Shown: positions 8,867-20,016, numbered from the stretch's first letter. The stretch is DNA of 64,000 bases from Bacillota bacterium (GCA_040751775.1 JBFMGD010000002.1:22731-86730); one strand, 5' to 3'. A program made the numbers and translations. Notes: generated from the letters alone by a model not told the origin.

Positions 8867-9649
8867 GTGAACAAGCGGCGCGGCAGTAAGCCAATGGAAC
8901 AAAACGAAAATGATTTAATCGTCGGCCGTCAGGCGGTTAAGGAAGCGTTAGAGTACGGGTTGGTCAAAAAAGTGTTTCTGATCCGGGACCAAAAAGGAGC
9001 GATTATTGCCGATATTTCCGACGCTGCGCAGCAAAAGGGGATTCCCTTGGTCGCGCTTTCCCGCGACGCATTCGAGCGGCTGGTGGGGGATGGAACCGCG
9101 CATCAGGGAGCGGCCGCCCAGGCTCCGCCTTACCGCTACTTTAACCTGGAAGAGTTGCTGCGTGCTGCAAAAAAAGACCGCTCTCCTTTTTTAATTTTGC
9201 TGGACCATATCCACGACCCTCAGAATCTGGGTTCTATTCTGCGTTCCGCCGGGGCCGCCGGGGTGCACGGCCTTGTTATCCCCGGAGCGCGCGCCGCAAA
9301 AATTACACCGGCCGTGCGTAAGGTAGCCGCCGGCGCTGCTGAACGGGTTCCGGTCGCCCTGGTCGGCAATTTGCACCAGGCCATTACCGTGTTAAAGAAA
9401 GAAAGGTTTTGGGTATACGGGGCGGAAGCCGATGGCCGTGTGCCGTATTACTCGCTAGATTACCGCCCGCCTCTTGCCCTGGTAATCGGTTCGGAAGCGG
9501 CGGGGTTGTCCCGCCTGGTGCGGGACAGCTGTGATGAAACGCTCTCCATTCCGATGCCGGGAACGGGAAGTTCACTGAACGCCGCAGTAGCCGCCGCGAT
9601 CATTATGTTTACCGCGGTCGCGCAACGGGAAGGATGGTTGTGTCGCTAA
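8867..9649 (+). CDS. rlmB: 23S rRNA (guanosine-2'-O)-methyltransferase RlmB (SpoU/TrmH family)
   Basis: N-terminal L30e-like substrate-binding domain plus SPOUT methylase motifs (LVLDHIHDPQNLGSILRSA, IGSEAAGLS, LNAAVAAAI). Position after cysS is conserved. The start could be the internal ATG 8894. Confidence 0.8.
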   Translation: MNKRRGSKPMEQNENDLIVGRQAVKEALEYGLVKKVFLIRDQKGAIIADISDAAQQKGIPLVALSRDAFERLVGDGTAHQGAAAQAPPYRYFNLEELLRAAKKDRSPFLILLDHIHDPQNLGSILRSAGAAGVHGLVIPGARAAKITPAVRKVAAGAAERVPVALVGNLHQAITVLKKERFWVYGAEADGRVPYYSLDYRPPLALVIGSEAAGLSRLVRDSCDETLSIPMPGTGSSLNAAVAAAIIMFTAVAQREGWLCR

Positions 9650-9702
9650 AGAAGCTTCTAATTGCCGAATGCCTAAATCAACGAAGCCTGGAGCCGCCGG
9701 AA

Positions 9703-9765
9703 ACCGGGCGGTAAAAAACCCGGGCGGTAAAAAAGCTTGACCCTCTTATGGCTTTACGTTATAAT
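9703..9765 (+). promoter_or_regulatory. sigH promoter (TTGACC-17-TATAAT) preceded by a tandem 16-bp direct repeat
   Basis: -35 at 9737-9742, -10 at 9760-9765 with a 17-nt spacer. Immediately upstream, ACCGGGCGGTAAAAAA (9703-9718) and CCCGGGCGGTAAAAAA (9719-9734) are tandem copies with A-tracts, giving UP-element or operator-like architecture. Confidence 0.5.
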
Positions 9766-9817
9766 TACCCCGTAAGTGACTTGCCTACTCCCCCACTCAA
9801 AAATCCCGACGGAGGCG

Positions 9818-10486
9818 ATGTGTGTGAGCTTTTTAGCTCAAGAAATTAAAGGAAACAGCGGCAGCGTTTACCTTGAGCTGGAGATTAAAAGCGACGAAGA
9901 TATCGTATGCGAAGCCAAAGACGGTAACACCATCGCCCTGGAATTTTTAATTAATAAATATAAAAATTTTGTGAAAGCAAAGGCACGTTCCTATTTTCTG
10001 ATTGGCGCTGACCGTGAGGATATCATCCAGGAGGGGATGATCGGCCTTTACAAGGCGATTCGTGACTTTAAGGGAGACAAGTTGTCGTCTTTTCGCGCTT
10101 TTGCGGAGTTGTGTATCACCCGGCAGATTATAACCGCTATTAAAACAGCTACTCGGCAGAAGCATATCCCGTTAAATTCTTACGTTTCGCTGAATAAACC
10201 GATTTATGACGAAGATTCGGATCGGACCCTGCTCGATATACTATCCGGAACCAAGATTACCGATCCGGAAGAGTTGATGATCAATCGTGAAGAATATAAT
10301 GATATTGAATTCAAGATGGGTGAAATTTTAAGCGATCTAGAATGGAAAGTGCTTACCCTTTACCTTGAAGGAAAGTCCTACCAGGAAATAGCTGTTGATT
10401 TACGACGTCATGTCAAGTCGATCGATAACGCTTTGCAGCGTGTCAAGAGAAAACTTGAACGTTACCTGGAGGTTCGAAAAAGCTGA
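9818..10486 (+). CDS. sigH: RNA polymerase sporulation sigma factor SigH
   Basis: Very strong similarity to Bacillus SigH throughout (FLINKYKNFVKAKARSYFLIGADREDIIQEGMIGLYKAIRDF..., ELCITRQIITAIKTATRQKHIPLNSY). Start is probably ATG 9818 or GTG 9824, after a GGAGG at 9809-9813. The ORF track's longer N-terminus has no RBS. Confidence 0.85.
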   Translation: MCVSFLAQEIKGNSGSVYLELEIKSDEDIVCEAKDGNTIALEFLINKYKNFVKAKARSYFLIGADREDIIQEGMIGLYKAIRDFKGDKLSSFRAFAELCITRQIITAIKTATRQKHIPLNSYVSLNKPIYDEDSDRTLLDILSGTKITDPEELMINREEYNDIEFKMGEILSDLEWKVLTLYLEGKSYQEIAVDLRRHVKSIDNALQRVKRKLERYLEVRKS

Positions 10487-10520
10487 TCCTTAACGGCCTG
10501 CCGGAACCGAATGTAGCGTG

Positions 10521-10549
10521 TTGACTTTTATAACATCAGCGTGTATAAT
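10521..10549 (+). promoter_or_regulatory. Sigma-A promoter for the tRNA cluster (TTGACT-17-TATAAT)
   Basis: Consensus-like hexamers with a 17-nt spacer lie about 16 nt upstream of the first tRNA. Confidence 0.55.
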
Positions 10550-10565
10550 CATTAAGTGCCCAAGA

Positions 10566-10639
10566 GCGGGTGTAGCTCAATGGCAGAGCCCTAGCTTCCC
10601 AAGCTAGTCGCGTGGGTTCGATTCCCATCACCCGCTCCA
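10566..10639 (+). tRNA. tRNA-Gly (anticodon CCC)
   Basis: Manual cloverleaf: acceptor GCGGGTG/CACCCGC, D-arm TAGCTCAATGGCAGAGC, anticodon stem CTAGC/GCTAG with loop TTCCCAA, T-arm GGTTCGATTCC, encoded CCA. Confidence 0.7.
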
Positions 10640-10646
10640 CTGACAG

Positions 10647-10723
<77 letters not shown>

Positions 10724-10776
10724 CTTTAAGGAAATCGCTGATTGCGGTTTCCTTATCTAAATTAGCATACTTTTAG

Positions 10777-10853
10777 GCTCACGTAGCTCAGGCGGCAGAG
10801 CGTATCCTTGGTAAGGATAAGGTCACCGGTTCGAATCCGGTCGTGAGCTCCAC
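10777..10853 (+). tRNA. tRNA-Thr (anticodon GGT)
   Basis: Acceptor GCTCACG/CGTGAGC, anticodon stem with loop TTGGTAA, T-arm GGTTCGAATCC, CCA end. Confidence 0.7.
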
Positions 10854-10855
10854 AC

Positions 10856-10932
10856 GGCGGCGTAGCTCAGTTGGCTAGAGCATGCGGTTCATACCCGCAG
10901 TGTCCGGGGTTCGAATCCCTGCGCCGCCACCA
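10856..10932 (+). tRNA. tRNA with CAT anticodon (elongator Met or Ile2/lysidine)
   Basis: Acceptor GGCGGCG/CGCCGCC, anticodon loop TTCATAC, T-arm GGTTCGAATCC, CCA end. Lacks initiator features. Confidence 0.65.
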
Positions 10933-11028
10933 TCTTTTGATTAAATTTTTGTGATTGTAACATAATACAGGGAAGTACTATTGGCGTAAAGTGGTAATCT
11001 ATGTTTACTTATGGAGGTGTTATGCGAA

Positions 11029-12231
11029 GTGGCGAAGAAGAAATTTGAGCGGACGAAGCCTCACGTTAACGTGGGGACCATTGGTCATGTGGACCACGGC
11101 AAGACGACGCTGACGGCGGCGATCACGTATTGTTTATCGAGTGCGGGTTTTGCTCAGAAGACATCATTTGACGAGATTGACAAAGCGCCGGAAGAGCGGG
11201 AGCGCGGGATCACCATTGCGACGGCGCACGTGGAGTATGAGACGGAGAACCGGCACTACGCGCATGTAGACTGCCCGGGTCATGCCGACTACGTCAAGAA
11301 CATGATTACCGGCGCGGCTCAGATGGACGGGGCGGTGTTGGTGGTATCGGCGGCTGACGGGCCGATGCCGCAGACGCGGGAGCATATTGTGCTGGCTCGC
11401 CAGGTAGGTGTGCCCTACATTGTAGTATTCTTAAACAAAGCGGATATGGTTGACGATGAAGAGCTATTGGAACTGGTTGAAATGGAAGTGCGCGATCTCT
11501 TATCGGAATATGAATTCCCCGGGGATGACACCCCGGTTGTGACCGGTTCGGCCTTGAAAGCGCTTGAATGCGGTTGCGGCTCCCGGGAATGCGCAGCCTG
11601 CAGCAAGATCTGGGAGTTAATGGACGCGATTGACAGCTACATTCCGCTGCCGGAGCGTGAGAAAGACAAACCGTTCTTGATGCCGATTGAAGACGTATTC
11701 TCAATTACCGGCCGGGGCACCGTTGTAACGGGCCGTGTTGAGCGGGGCACGATCAAGGTTAGCGATGAAGTTGAGATTGTTGGTTTCCAGGAGCGGTCGC
11801 GTAAAGTGGTGGCCACGGGAGTGGAAATGTTCCGGAAACTCTTGGACCAGGCGGAAGCCGGGGATAACATTGGGGTATTGCTGCGTGGTGTGGATCGGGA
11901 TTCGGTTGAGCGGGGCCAGGTGCTGGCGAAGCCGGGTTCGATCAACCCGCATACGCGGTTTACAGCCAAAGTGTATGTTTTAAAGAAAGAAGAAGGCGGG
12001 CGGCACACGCCGTTTTTCCAGGGCTACCGGCCGCAGTTCTACTTCCGCACTACTGACGTAACCGGCAGGATGGAGCTGCCCGAGGGTGTGGAGATGGTGA
12101 TGCCGGGTGATAATATCAATATGGAAATTGAGTTGATTACACCGATCGCCACTGAAGAGGGCTTGCGCTTCGCGATCCGTGAAGGCGGCCGCACCGTCGG
12201 CGCCGGCGTCGTCACCGGGGTGGTCAAGTAA
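11029..12231 (+). CDS. tuf: Elongation factor Tu (copy 1)
   Basis: [26 protein letters not shown] and the full EF-Tu G-domain and beta-barrels. GTG start follows GGAGGTG. The track's extension from 11011 is rejected. Nucleotide-identical to copy 2. Confidence 0.95.
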   Translation: MAKKKFERTKPHVNVGTIGHVDHGKTTLTAAITYCLSSAGFAQKTSFDEIDKAPEERERGITIATAHVEYETENRHYAHVDCPGHADYVKNMITGAAQMDGAVLVVSAADGPMPQTREHIVLARQVGVPYIVVFLNKADMVDDEELLELVEMEVRDLLSEYEFPGDDTPVVTGSALKALECGCGSRECAACSKIWELMDAIDSYIPLPEREKDKPFLMPIEDVFSITGRGTVVTGRVERGTIKVSDEVEIVGFQERSRKVVATGVEMFRKLLDQAEAGDNIGVLLRGVDRDSVERGQVLAKPGSINPHTRFTAKVYVLKKEEGGRHTPFFQGYRPQFYFRTTDVTGRMELPEGVEMVMPGDNINMEIELITPIATEEGLRFAIREGGRTVGAGVVTGVVK

Positions 12232-12245
12232 CAACCGTGTCATTT

Positions 12246-12290
12246 AGGGGCGGGAGTGAAAAACCCCGCCCCTTCGTCATGTTTATTGAC
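12246..12290 (+). terminator. Intrinsic terminator after tuf copy 1
   Basis: GGGGCGGG-agtgaaaaa-CCCCGCCCC hairpin followed by a T-rich tract (TTCGTCATGTTTATT). Confidence 0.5.
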
Positions 12291-12357
12291 ATAATGGGTA
12301 GTTCTATGGTAAATTTTTTAAGCCTGAATTTTTTAACCGGATAGGTGGGACATGATC

Positions 12358-12507
12358 ATGCGCGTAACAATACACCTGGCCTGTACAAAATGCCAGGAAA
12401 GGAATTATTCCAGCCGCAAAAATAAAAAGAATAACCCTGATCGTTTGGAAACAAAAAAATATTGCTCCAGGTGTAATGAGCATACCGTGCACAAGGAAAC
12501 GAAGTAA
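12358..12507 (+). CDS. rpmG: 50S ribosomal protein L33 (zinc-ribbon C+ form)
   Basis: 49-aa [52 protein letters not shown] with CxxC...CxxC, below the 60-aa cutoff of the ORF track. Positioned before secE as in Bacillus. Confidence 0.85.
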   Translation: MRVTIHLACTKCQERNYSSRKNKKNNPDRLETKKYCSRCNEHTVHKETK

Positions 12508-12563
12508 CCTAATATATTATTGGCATAATCATTTCGGTTATTTTGGAGAGAGGTAGAACGCTG

Positions 12564-12755
12564 GTGAAATTTTTGAAACGATTTGGGAAATACCTGCATG
12601 ATATTAGAGTTGAGCTTAAGAAAGTGCACTGGCCTACGCGGCGTGAATTTGTTGTTTTTACCGGTATTGTTCTGGTGACGGTCCTGGTAATCGGTATTTT
12701 CTTTTGGGGGCTGGACAGCGTTTTCCTGGCTGTTTTGCAGCTGATTATTCGTTAA
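12564..12755 (+). CDS. secE: Preprotein translocase subunit SecE
   Basis: Single C-terminal TM helix (VVFTGIVLVTVLVIGIFFWGLD) and conserved ELKKVHWPTRRE. GTG 12564 follows GGAGAGAGG; the track's TTG 12543 is an alternative start. Confidence 0.8.
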   Translation: MKFLKRFGKYLHDIRVELKKVHWPTRREFVVFTGIVLVTVLVIGIFFWGLDSVFLAVLQLIIR

Positions 12756-12768
12756 AGGGAAAGGTTTT

Positions 12769-13362
12769 TTGAAGAAGGAGTGTGACCAGGGAGATTCTAT
12801 TTCCCGTGTTATGAGCACAGAGACTGAAGTAACTGAAATTAAAAGTTGGTATGTCATTCACACCTATGCCGGCTATGAGAAACGGGTTAAGACAAACCTC
12901 GAGCGTCGGGTAGAATCCATGGATATGAAGGACAAAATATTTCGGATTCTGGTTCCGACCGAAAAAGAGATTACCGGCAAGGGCGGCCAGCGGAAAACTA
13001 TCGAAAAAAAAGTTTTTCCGGGCTATGTTCTGGTTGAGATGATCATGGAAGACGATTCATGGTACGTAGTCCGTAACACACCGGGTGTGACCGGTTTTGT
13101 TGGCCCCGGCTCTAAACCGATTCCCTTAAGTGATAAAGAGATTAATCTGATTATGCGGCAGATGGGACTGGGCACTGAAGGGAAACCGCGTATTGATTTT
13201 GACCTTAAACAGGTAATTCGTGTTATAAACGGACCATTTAAAAATTTTGAGGGTACTGTTGAAGAAATTAACCGGGAAAAGGGAACTTTAAAGGTACACG
13301 TTTCCATGTTCGGCCGGGAAACGCCTGTAGAGCTGGAATTTCATCAGGTAGAAAAGTATTAA
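12769..13362 (+). CDS. nusG: Transcription termination/antitermination factor NusG
   Basis: NGN domain (WYVIHTYAGYEKRVK) and a C-terminal KOW domain (VINGPFKNFEGTVEEI). Start is TTG 12769 or ATG 12811. Confidence 0.85.
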   Translation: MKKECDQGDSISRVMSTETEVTEIKSWYVIHTYAGYEKRVKTNLERRVESMDMKDKIFRILVPTEKEITGKGGQRKTIEKKVFPGYVLVEMIMEDDSWYVVRNTPGVTGFVGPGSKPIPLSDKEINLIMRQMGLGTEGKPRIDFDLKQVIRVINGPFKNFEGTVEEINREKGTLKVHVSMFGRETPVELEFHQVEKY

Positions 13363-13516
13363 ATAGGTAACTGCTTAGGAGTCAGAAGTGAGAGCAAGAA
13401 CCGGCAGCAGCGAATAAGGCGAAAAGCTTCCGTAAGCGTAGCAAAGCGTATACAAGCTGTTTGAGTAGTAACTAAAATAATTAGCTCTGCTGTTAACTGG
13501 CAAGGAGGTTGGATTA

Positions 13517-13948
13517 ATGGCCAAGAAAAAGAAAGTGATCGGCAATGCAAAACTGCAAATTCCTGCTGCGAAAGCGACACCGGCTCCACCGGTCGGACCG
13601 GCTTTGGGTCAGCACGGAGTCAATATCATGGCGTTTTGTAAAGAATTCAATGAACGGACTGCTGCGGATGCGGGCCTGATTATTCCGGTGGAGATTACCA
13701 TTTATGAAGACCGATCGTTCTCCTTTATTACCAAGACTCCCCCGGCGGCGGTTCTTTTAAAAAAAGAGTTGGGTCTGGATAAGGGATCCGGAGAACCGAG
13801 CAAGGTGAAGATAGCCACTATCTCCCGAAACAAGGTCAGGGAAATAGCCAAGCAAAAAATGGAAGATTTAAACGCCAATGATCTGGAAGCGGCTTCGCGG
13901 ATTATTGAAGGTACGGCACGTAGCATGGGCATAGTAGTCGAAGGATAA
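13517..13948 (+). CDS. rplK: 50S ribosomal protein L11
   Basis: [45 protein letters not shown] is canonical L11. Confidence 0.95.
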   Translation: MAKKKKVIGNAKLQIPAAKATPAPPVGPALGQHGVNIMAFCKEFNERTAADAGLIIPVEITIYEDRSFSFITKTPPAAVLLKKELGLDKGSGEPSKVKIATISRNKVREIAKQKMEDLNANDLEAASRIIEGTARSMGIVVEG

Positions 13949-14037
13949 TTAAAGCTCAGAATCCAGAATCGGGAAGAAGTTTTTCAAATCAGTGGGAGAG
14001 CGATAAACGCTCGCCAAAACCACAGGAGGTAGAAAAG

Positions 14038-14742
14038 ATGGCGGATCGAGGCAAAAAGTACCAGGACGCCCGCAAGGAAATTGACCGGAACACGCAGTAC
14101 GAACCCGAGGAAGCGCTTGAACTGGTTAAGAAGTTGAGTAAAGCCACTTTTGACGAGACCGTTGAGTTGGCGGTCCGGTTGGGTGTAAACCCGAAACATG
14201 CCGATCAGCAGGTTCGCGGAGGTGTAGTTTTACCCCACGGTACCGGTAAGGCAGTGCGGGTCTTAGTTTTCGCCAAGGGTGAAAAAATAAGGGAAGCTGA
14301 AAACGCGGGGGCCGATGTGGTTGGCGGAGACGAGCTTGCCGCCAAAATCCAGGAGGGTTGGCTTGATTTTGATATCGCGGTCGCGACCCCTGACATGATG
14401 GGCGCGGTAGGGAAATTGGGTAAGATACTGGGACCGCGGGGCATGATGCCCAACCCCAAAAGCGGTACGGTGACATTTGATTTGCAAAGGGCGATTGGCG
14501 AAATCAAAGCCGGTAAGGTTGAATTTCGAACCGATAAAGCCGGAAACATCCATGTTCCCCTCGGTAAGGTATCTTTTACACTGGAGAAGCTGCAGGAAAA
14601 CCTGTATGCTGTAATTGAGGCGCTGATTAAGGCTAAACCGCCGGCGGCCAAGGGCCAGTATGTTAAGTCTGTAACCGTGAGTTCAACGATGGGCCCGGGA
14701 GTTAAAATTAGCCCCCAAAAGGCAACTGCTCTGGGGAAATAA
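14038..14742 (+). CDS. rplA: 50S ribosomal protein L1
   Basis: Canonical L1 sequence, 234 aa. Confidence 0.95.
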   Translation: MADRGKKYQDARKEIDRNTQYEPEEALELVKKLSKATFDETVELAVRLGVNPKHADQQVRGGVVLPHGTGKAVRVLVFAKGEKIREAENAGADVVGGDELAAKIQEGWLDFDIAVATPDMMGAVGKLGKILGPRGMMPNPKSGTVTFDLQRAIGEIKAGKVEFRTDKAGNIHVPLGKVSFTLEKLQENLYAVIEALIKAKPPAAKGQYVKSVTVSSTMGPGVKISPQKATALGK

Positions 14743-14749
14743 GCAGATA

Positions 14750-14921
14750 TAATAAAATGATTGAATAGTATTCCGTAGACAGCAGGTACCCCGGTTTAAT
14801 GGCCGTCCGGCCGCCTGCCCAGGAAAGCGCTAATCCATTTTTCTTTAACTGGGGGAAAGGGGCTTTCCATTGCGGAAAGCCCTTTAGATTTATATTTTAC
14901 CCAAACAAGGAGGTGAATCGT
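14750..14921 (+). promoter_or_regulatory. Ribosomal protein L10 leader (rplJL autoregulatory attenuator)
   Basis: Structured 170-nt leader between rplA and rplJ ends in the hairpin GGGCTTTCC-attgc-GGAAAGCCC (14860-14882) followed by a T-rich tract. This matches the Firmicutes L10-leader attenuation mechanism. Confidence 0.55.
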
Positions 14922-15446
14922 TTGATTACCAGAAAGGAAAAAGAGAAGCTGGTTGAGCAGATCGCCCACGAGCTGGATCAGGCCGAGTTGATCATTGCCA
15001 CTGATTACCGGGGGCTTACTGTAGCCGGCATCAGCAACCTGCGGCGCCGTTTGAGGGCGGAACAGTGCCATTACAAGGTTACAAAAAACACGCTGACCCG
15101 GCTGGCTTGCCGAAAAATCGGTTTGGAAGTACTGGACCCGCTTTTGGAAGGCCCTACCGCGCTTGCTTTTACCAGCGGCGATCCTGTGGCCGCCGCGCAG
15201 GTATTTTTAAAATTCGCCAAGGAATATGAAGCTCTTTCCGTAAAAGGTGGACTCCTCGCCGGACAGCTGCTCCAGCCGGAGCAGGTGAAAGCGCTGGGAG
15301 AAATTCCACCGCGCGAAGTGCTTCTGGCCCAGGTTTGCAGCGGTTTCCAGGCACCGATTTATGGATTGGCCAGCGTGCTTCACGCAAACCTGAGGCAGTT
15401 GGTTTACGCGTTTGAGGCTGTCCGTAAATTAAAAGAGTCCGCCTAA
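14922..15446 (+). CDS. rplJ: 50S ribosomal protein L10
   Basis: TTG start 5 nt after AAGGAGGTG. ITRKEKEKLVEQIAHELDQAELIIATDYRGLTVAGI is typical L10. The track's extension from 14799 overlaps the leader and is rejected. Confidence 0.9.
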   Translation: MITRKEKEKLVEQIAHELDQAELIIATDYRGLTVAGISNLRRRLRAEQCHYKVTKNTLTRLACRKIGLEVLDPLLEGPTALAFTSGDPVAAAQVFLKFAKEYEALSVKGGLLAGQLLQPEQVKALGEIPPREVLLAQVCSGFQAPIYGLASVLHANLRQLVYAFEAVRKLKESA

Positions 15447-15477
15447 AAATATTAAACTATGAAAAGGAGCTGTCAGC

Positions 15478-15849
15478 ATGTCAAAAGTGAATGAAATTTT
15501 GGAAATCGTAAAAGGGATGACCGTCTTGGAGCTATCGGAACTGGTCAAAGCCCTTGAAGAAGAGTTCGGGGTTTCAGCGGCTCCAATAGCAGTTGCCGGT
15601 CCTGCTGCTGTTGTTGAAGCAGCCCCTGAAGAAGAAAAGGATGAGTTTGATGTGATCCTTACCGGTTCCGGTGAAAAGAAAATCCAGGTGATCAAGGTAG
15701 TGCGTGAACTAACAGGTCTCGGTCTTAAAGAAGCAAAGGATCTCGTCGACGGCGCTCCGAACCCGGTTAAAGAAAAGATCGGCAAAGAAGAGGCCGAAGC
15801 GATCAAAGCGAAAATCGAAGAAGCCGGTGGTTCAGTGGAGCTGAAGTAA
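15478..15849 (+). CDS. rplL: 50S ribosomal protein L7/L12
   Basis: [32 protein letters not shown]...[15 protein letters not shown] is canonical. Confidence 0.95.
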   Translation: MSKVNEILEIVKGMTVLELSELVKALEEEFGVSAAPIAVAGPAAVVEAAPEEEKDEFDVILTGSGEKKIQVIKVVRELTGLGLKEAKDLVDGAPNPVKEKIGKEEAEAIKAKIEEAGGSVELK

Positions 15850-16155
15850 AGCCGGTAACAGAGGTACAAGTGATTTATTTGCAGGGGCACGGCTATGACC
15901 GTGCCCCTGCGCATTGTCTAAACCAGGCCGACTTTCGGCGGCAAGCTTTTCTGAGGATTCTATTTTTTTGTTATTGACACTCACTTATACTTATGGTATT
16001 ATTCTTAGATGTCTAGTGTTGCCACCAATGATGCTGCGCTCGACGCAGTCTTCCGAATAATTGTATATCCAAGAGGAAACAATATTAGAATGGCTCTCTA
16101 TTATTTCAATAAGCCTTACCAATCATAACCAGAGTTAGGGGAGTGATTTTTTTTC

Positions 16156-19100
16156 ATGTCTACAAGTGTAGCGGCAGGCAGAAGGGAAAGGCGTACTTAT
16201 GCCCGGATTAACGAGGTTTTGGAACTTCCCGACTTAATTGAAGTCCAACGCAGTTCATACGAATGGTTTATGAACCACGGCCTCAGGGAAACTTTTCGGG
16301 ATATCTCCCCCATTCAGGATTTTACCGGTAACCTTGTCTTGGAATTTTTTGATTATAGCCTGGGAGAGCCTAAATACTCTGTTGATGACTGCAAGGAGCG
16401 CGATGCCACCTATGCTGTGCCGCTTAAGGTCAAAGTTCGCCTGATCCACCAGGAAACGGGTGAGGTGAAAGAACAAGAAGTATTTATGGGTGATTTCCCC
16501 AAGATGACCGAAAACGGCACCTTTATTATTAACGGCGCGGAGCGGGTTATCGTGAGCCAGCTGGTGCGTTCTCCCGGTGTCTATTTCGATAAACAGCCGG
16601 ATCCGACCGGAGCTACCGGAAAAGAGTTAATTAGTGCGACGATTATTCCGAACCGCGGTACCTGGCTGGAATTTGAAAGCGATATCAACGACGGCATCTA
16701 TGTTCGGGTTGACCGGACCCGCAAAATTCCGGTGACAGTACTGTTAAGAGCGATCGGGCATGGCGGCAACCAGGATATCTTGAACCTCTTCGATCATGAT
16801 CCTCGTATCTTAGGCTTACTGGAGAAAGATCATACCGATTCTGTTCATGCCGCTTTGCTTGAAATCTACAAACGGCTGCGGCCCGGTGAACCGCTCAACG
16901 TGGACAACGCCCGCAACCTCTTTGATTCACTCTTTTTTGACAGCAAGCGTTACGACTTTGCCAATGTGGGCCGGTATAAAGTAAACAAGAAGCTCTCTTT
17001 ATTGAACCGGCTGAACAATAAACAGTTGGCCGAAGATATAACTGACCCTGCCTCTGGCGAAGTCCTCTTTACCAAGGGGACAGTTGTTGATGAAGGTGCG
17101 ATCCGCAGGATGCAGGAATATAACGTAAAAAACGCGCGTATCGCCAACCAGGACGGTGTCTGCCTGGTCATCAGCAACGGTATCGTCAGCCTGGATGAAA
17201 AACATCTCGTGGCTCAAGATATCATCGCTACTGTTAGTTATATGCTCAATTTACTGGACGGTATCGGCCAGATCGATGATATCGACCATCTCGGCAACCG
17301 GCGATTGCGCAGTGTTGGAGAGCTGTTGCAAAACCAGTTCCGGATCGGGTTGTCCCGCATGGAGCGTGTCGTGCGCGAACGCATGACTATACAGGATGTG
17401 GAGGCGATTACGCCTCAGGCACTGATTAATATTCGTCCAGTGATCGCCGCGATAAAAGAGTTTTTCGGCAGCAGCCAACTGTCGCAGTTTATGGACCAGA
17501 CCAACCCTTTGGCCGAGCTGACTCATAAGCGCCGGCTCAGCGCTTTAGGTCCGGGGGGGTTAAGCCGGGAACGGGCCGGCTTCGAGGTGCGGGATGTGCA
17601 TCACTCCCACTATGGACGGGTCTGCCCGATTGAAACACCGGAAGGCCCGAATATCGGGTTGATCGGATCCTTGAGCACGTATGCCCGTATCAACGAGTAC
17701 GGTTTTATTGAAACACCGTACCGTAAAGTAAATAAAAGTGAAGGCCGGGTTACCTCGGAAATTGTATACCTGACCGCTGACGATGAAGACAAATATGTAA
17801 TTGCCCAGGCCAACGCCGAGTTGGATGATGAAGGCTTTTTTATCAGCAACCGGGTTGTCTGCCGTTACCAGTATGATACCGTGCTGCGGCACCCGCGTGA
17901 AGTTGAATTCATGGACGTTTCACCGAAACAGTTGGTTAGTGTGGCGACGGCTTTAATTCCATTTTTAGAAAACGATGACGCCAACCGCGCCCTCATGGGG
18001 TCGAACATGCAGCGCCAGGCGGTGCCGCTGCTACAGACTGAAGCGCCCCTGGTCGGCACCGGCCTGGAGTATAAAGCGGCCAAAGATTCCGGTGCTGTAG
18101 TCGTCTGTCTGCAAGATGGTTTGGTGGCCCGGGTAACCAGTGACGAAATAGTGATTAAACGCGACAAAGACACCGCCGGGCCCAACCGGCGCATTAACGG
18201 ACGGACCGGTGAAAGGATTGAAATCGGCAGGCATGCGGGCCTGGCGGTCGGGGCGGACATATATGTCCTGCAAAAGTTTAAACGATCCAACCAGGGGACC
18301 TGCGTCAACCAGCACCCGATCGTGCACCATGGCCAGGCGGTTAAAGCGGGCGAAATTATTGCCGATGGTTCTTGCACGAACCAGGGGGAAATGGCCCTGG
18401 GCCGCAATGTCCTTGCGGCCTTTATTCCCTGGGAGGGTTACAATTATGAGGATGCTATTCTCTTAAGCGAGAAACTGGTGAAAGAAGATGTCTTTACTTC
18501 CATTCACATCGAGGAATATGAATCAGAAGCCCGCGATACCAAGTTGGGTCCCGAAGAGATCACCCGTGACATTCCCAATGTCGGTGAAGAGGCCCTCCGG
18601 GATCTGGACGGCCGGGGGATCATTCGTATCGGCGCCGAAGTCAGGGCCGGTGACATTCTGGTCGGCAAGGTCACACCCAAGGGTGAAACAGAATTAACGG
18701 CTGAAGAGCGCTTGCTGCGGGCTATTTTTGGCGAAAAAGCGCGTGAGGTCAGGGATACATCGCTGCGGGTGCCGCACGGTGAATCCGGCATAGTGGTGGA
18801 TGTTAAAGTATTCAGCCGGGAGGATGGAGACGAACTGTCCCCCGGGGTCAACCAACTGGTCCGGGTATACGTGGCCCAGAAACGTAAAATTTCCGAGGGT
18901 GACAAAATGGCGGGCCGCCATGGTAACAAGGGCGTCATCGCCCGGATCCTGCCGGAAGAAGATATGCCCTTTATGCCGGACGGCACGCCGGTGGAAATCG
19001 TGCTTAACCCCCTGGGAGTGCCTTCCCGGATGAACATCGGACAGGTTTTGGAAACCCATCTGGGCTGGGCGGCGAAGAGCTTGGGGCTTTATATCGCCTC

Positions 19101-20016
19101 CCCTGTTTTTGATGGAGCAACGGAGGACGATGTTTTCGCCGCGTTTAAGGAGGCGGCACTGCCGGAAACCGGTAAAACCGCTCTTTACGACGGCAGGACC
19201 GGCGAACCCTTTGACAATGAGATTACGGTCGGCTATGTTTATATGCTCAAATTGGCGCACCTGGTGGATGACAAAATTCATGCCCGTTCCACCGGACCGT
19301 ATTCCCTGGTTACCCAGCAGCCGCTGGGCGGGAAAGCCCAGTTTGGGGGGCAGCGTTTCGGGGAGATGGAGGTATGGGCTCTCGAAGCATATGGCGCGGC
19401 TTATACGCTTCAGGAAATATTGACGGTCAAATCTGATGATGTTGTCGGGCGCGTGAAGACTTATGAGGCTATTGTCAAGGGAGAAAATATCCCTGAACCC
19501 GGGGTGCCTGAATCATTTAAAGTTCTGGTCAAAGAGCTGCAAAGCCTGTGCCTTGACGTGCGTGTCATAAGTGAAGAATCCGGTGAAGTCGAGATTCGCG
19601 AAGGTGAAGATGATGGGGATTACCGGAGCCTTGACGTTAATATGGAAGGATTCGAAAAAGGCGATGACGAGCCGGAGAAACAGATTTATCGAAAAGATTT
19701 CGCAAAGGATGTTGACGACACGTTGGATGATGAAGAGTTGGATGTGGAAACCGATGACGAAGACTCGACTGAAGAAGGCGATGAAGATAGCTTTGAGTTA
19801 GACGGGGGCGGTGGCGAAGATGCCGATTCCGAAGAATTTGACGAGGTAGAAGAGCCCGTATCCATCGGTTTGGAAAACGGCAGCTTGCAGACCGTGGAGA
19901 TCGGCCAACTGGATGAAGTATCCCTGGATCAACTGGAAGAGATGGAGGAAGCCGAAGCTGATGAAGACAGCGAGGGCGATCTCCCCAAGCGGTCCCGGAA
20001 GAAAATTACGAAGTAG
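16156..20016 (+). CDS. rpoB: DNA-directed RNA polymerase subunit beta, with an unusually long acidic C-terminal extension
   Basis: Conserved RpoB throughout (N-terminus [27 protein letters not shown], rifampicin cluster region, [13 protein letters not shown]). About 130 C-terminal residues beyond the usual end are D/E-rich low complexity (19571-20016). Confidence 0.95.
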   Translation: MSTSVAAGRRERRTYARINEVLELPDLIEVQRSSYEWFMNHGLRETFRDISPIQDFTGNLVLEFFDYSLGEPKYSVDDCKERDATYAVPLKVKVRLIHQETGEVKEQEVFMGDFPKMTENGTFIINGAERVIVSQLVRSPGVYFDKQPDPTGATGKELISATIIPNRGTWLEFESDINDGIYVRVDRTRKIPVTVLLRAIGHGGNQDILNLFDHDPRILGLLEKDHTDSVHAALLEIYKRLRPGEPLNVDNARNLFDSLFFDSKRYDFANVGRYKVNKKLSLLNRLNNKQLAEDITDPASGEVLFTKGTVVDEGAIRRMQEYNVKNARIANQDGVCLVISNGIVSLDEKHLVAQDIIATVSYMLNLLDGIGQIDDIDHLGNRRLRSVGELLQNQFRIGLSRMERVVRERMTIQDVEAITPQALINIRPVIAAIKEFFGSSQLSQFMDQTNPLAELTHKRRLSALGPGGLSRERAGFEVRDVHHSHYGRVCPIETPEGPNIGLIGSLSTYARINEYGFIETPYRKVNKSEGRVTSEIVYLTADDEDKYVIAQANAELDDEGFFISNRVVCRYQYDTVLRHPREVEFMDVSPKQLVSVATALIPFLENDDANRALMGSNMQRQAVPLLQTEAPLVGTGLEYKAAKDSGAVVVCLQDGLVARVTSDEIVIKRDKDTAGPNRRINGRTGERIEIGRHAGLAVGADIYVLQKFKRSNQGTCVNQHPIVHHGQAVKAGEIIADGSCTNQGEMALGRNVLAAFIPWEGYNYEDAILLSEKLVKEDVFTSIHIEEYESEARDTKLGPEEITRDIPNVGEEALRDLDGRGIIRIGAEVRAGDILVGKVTPKGETELTAEERLLRAIFGEKAREVRDTSLRVPHGESGIVVDVKVFSREDGDELSPGVNQLVRVYVAQKRKISEGDKMAGRHGNKGVIARILPEEDMPFMPDGTPVEIVLNPLGVPSRMNIGQVLETHLGWAAKSLGLYIASPVFDGATEDDVFAAFKEAALPETGKTALYDGRTGEPFDNEITVGYVYMLKLAHLVDDKIHARSTGPYSLVTQQPLGGKAQFGGQRFGEMEVWALEAYGAAYTLQEILTVKSDDVVGRVKTYEAIVKGENIPEPGVPESFKVLVKELQSLCLDVRVISEESGEVEIREGEDDGDYRSLDVNMEGFEKGDDEPEKQIYRKDFAKDVDDTLDDEELDVETDDEDSTEEGDEDSFELDGGGGEDADSEEFDEVEEPVSIGLENGSLQTVEIGQLDEVSLDQLEEMEEAEADEDSEGDLPKRSRKKITK

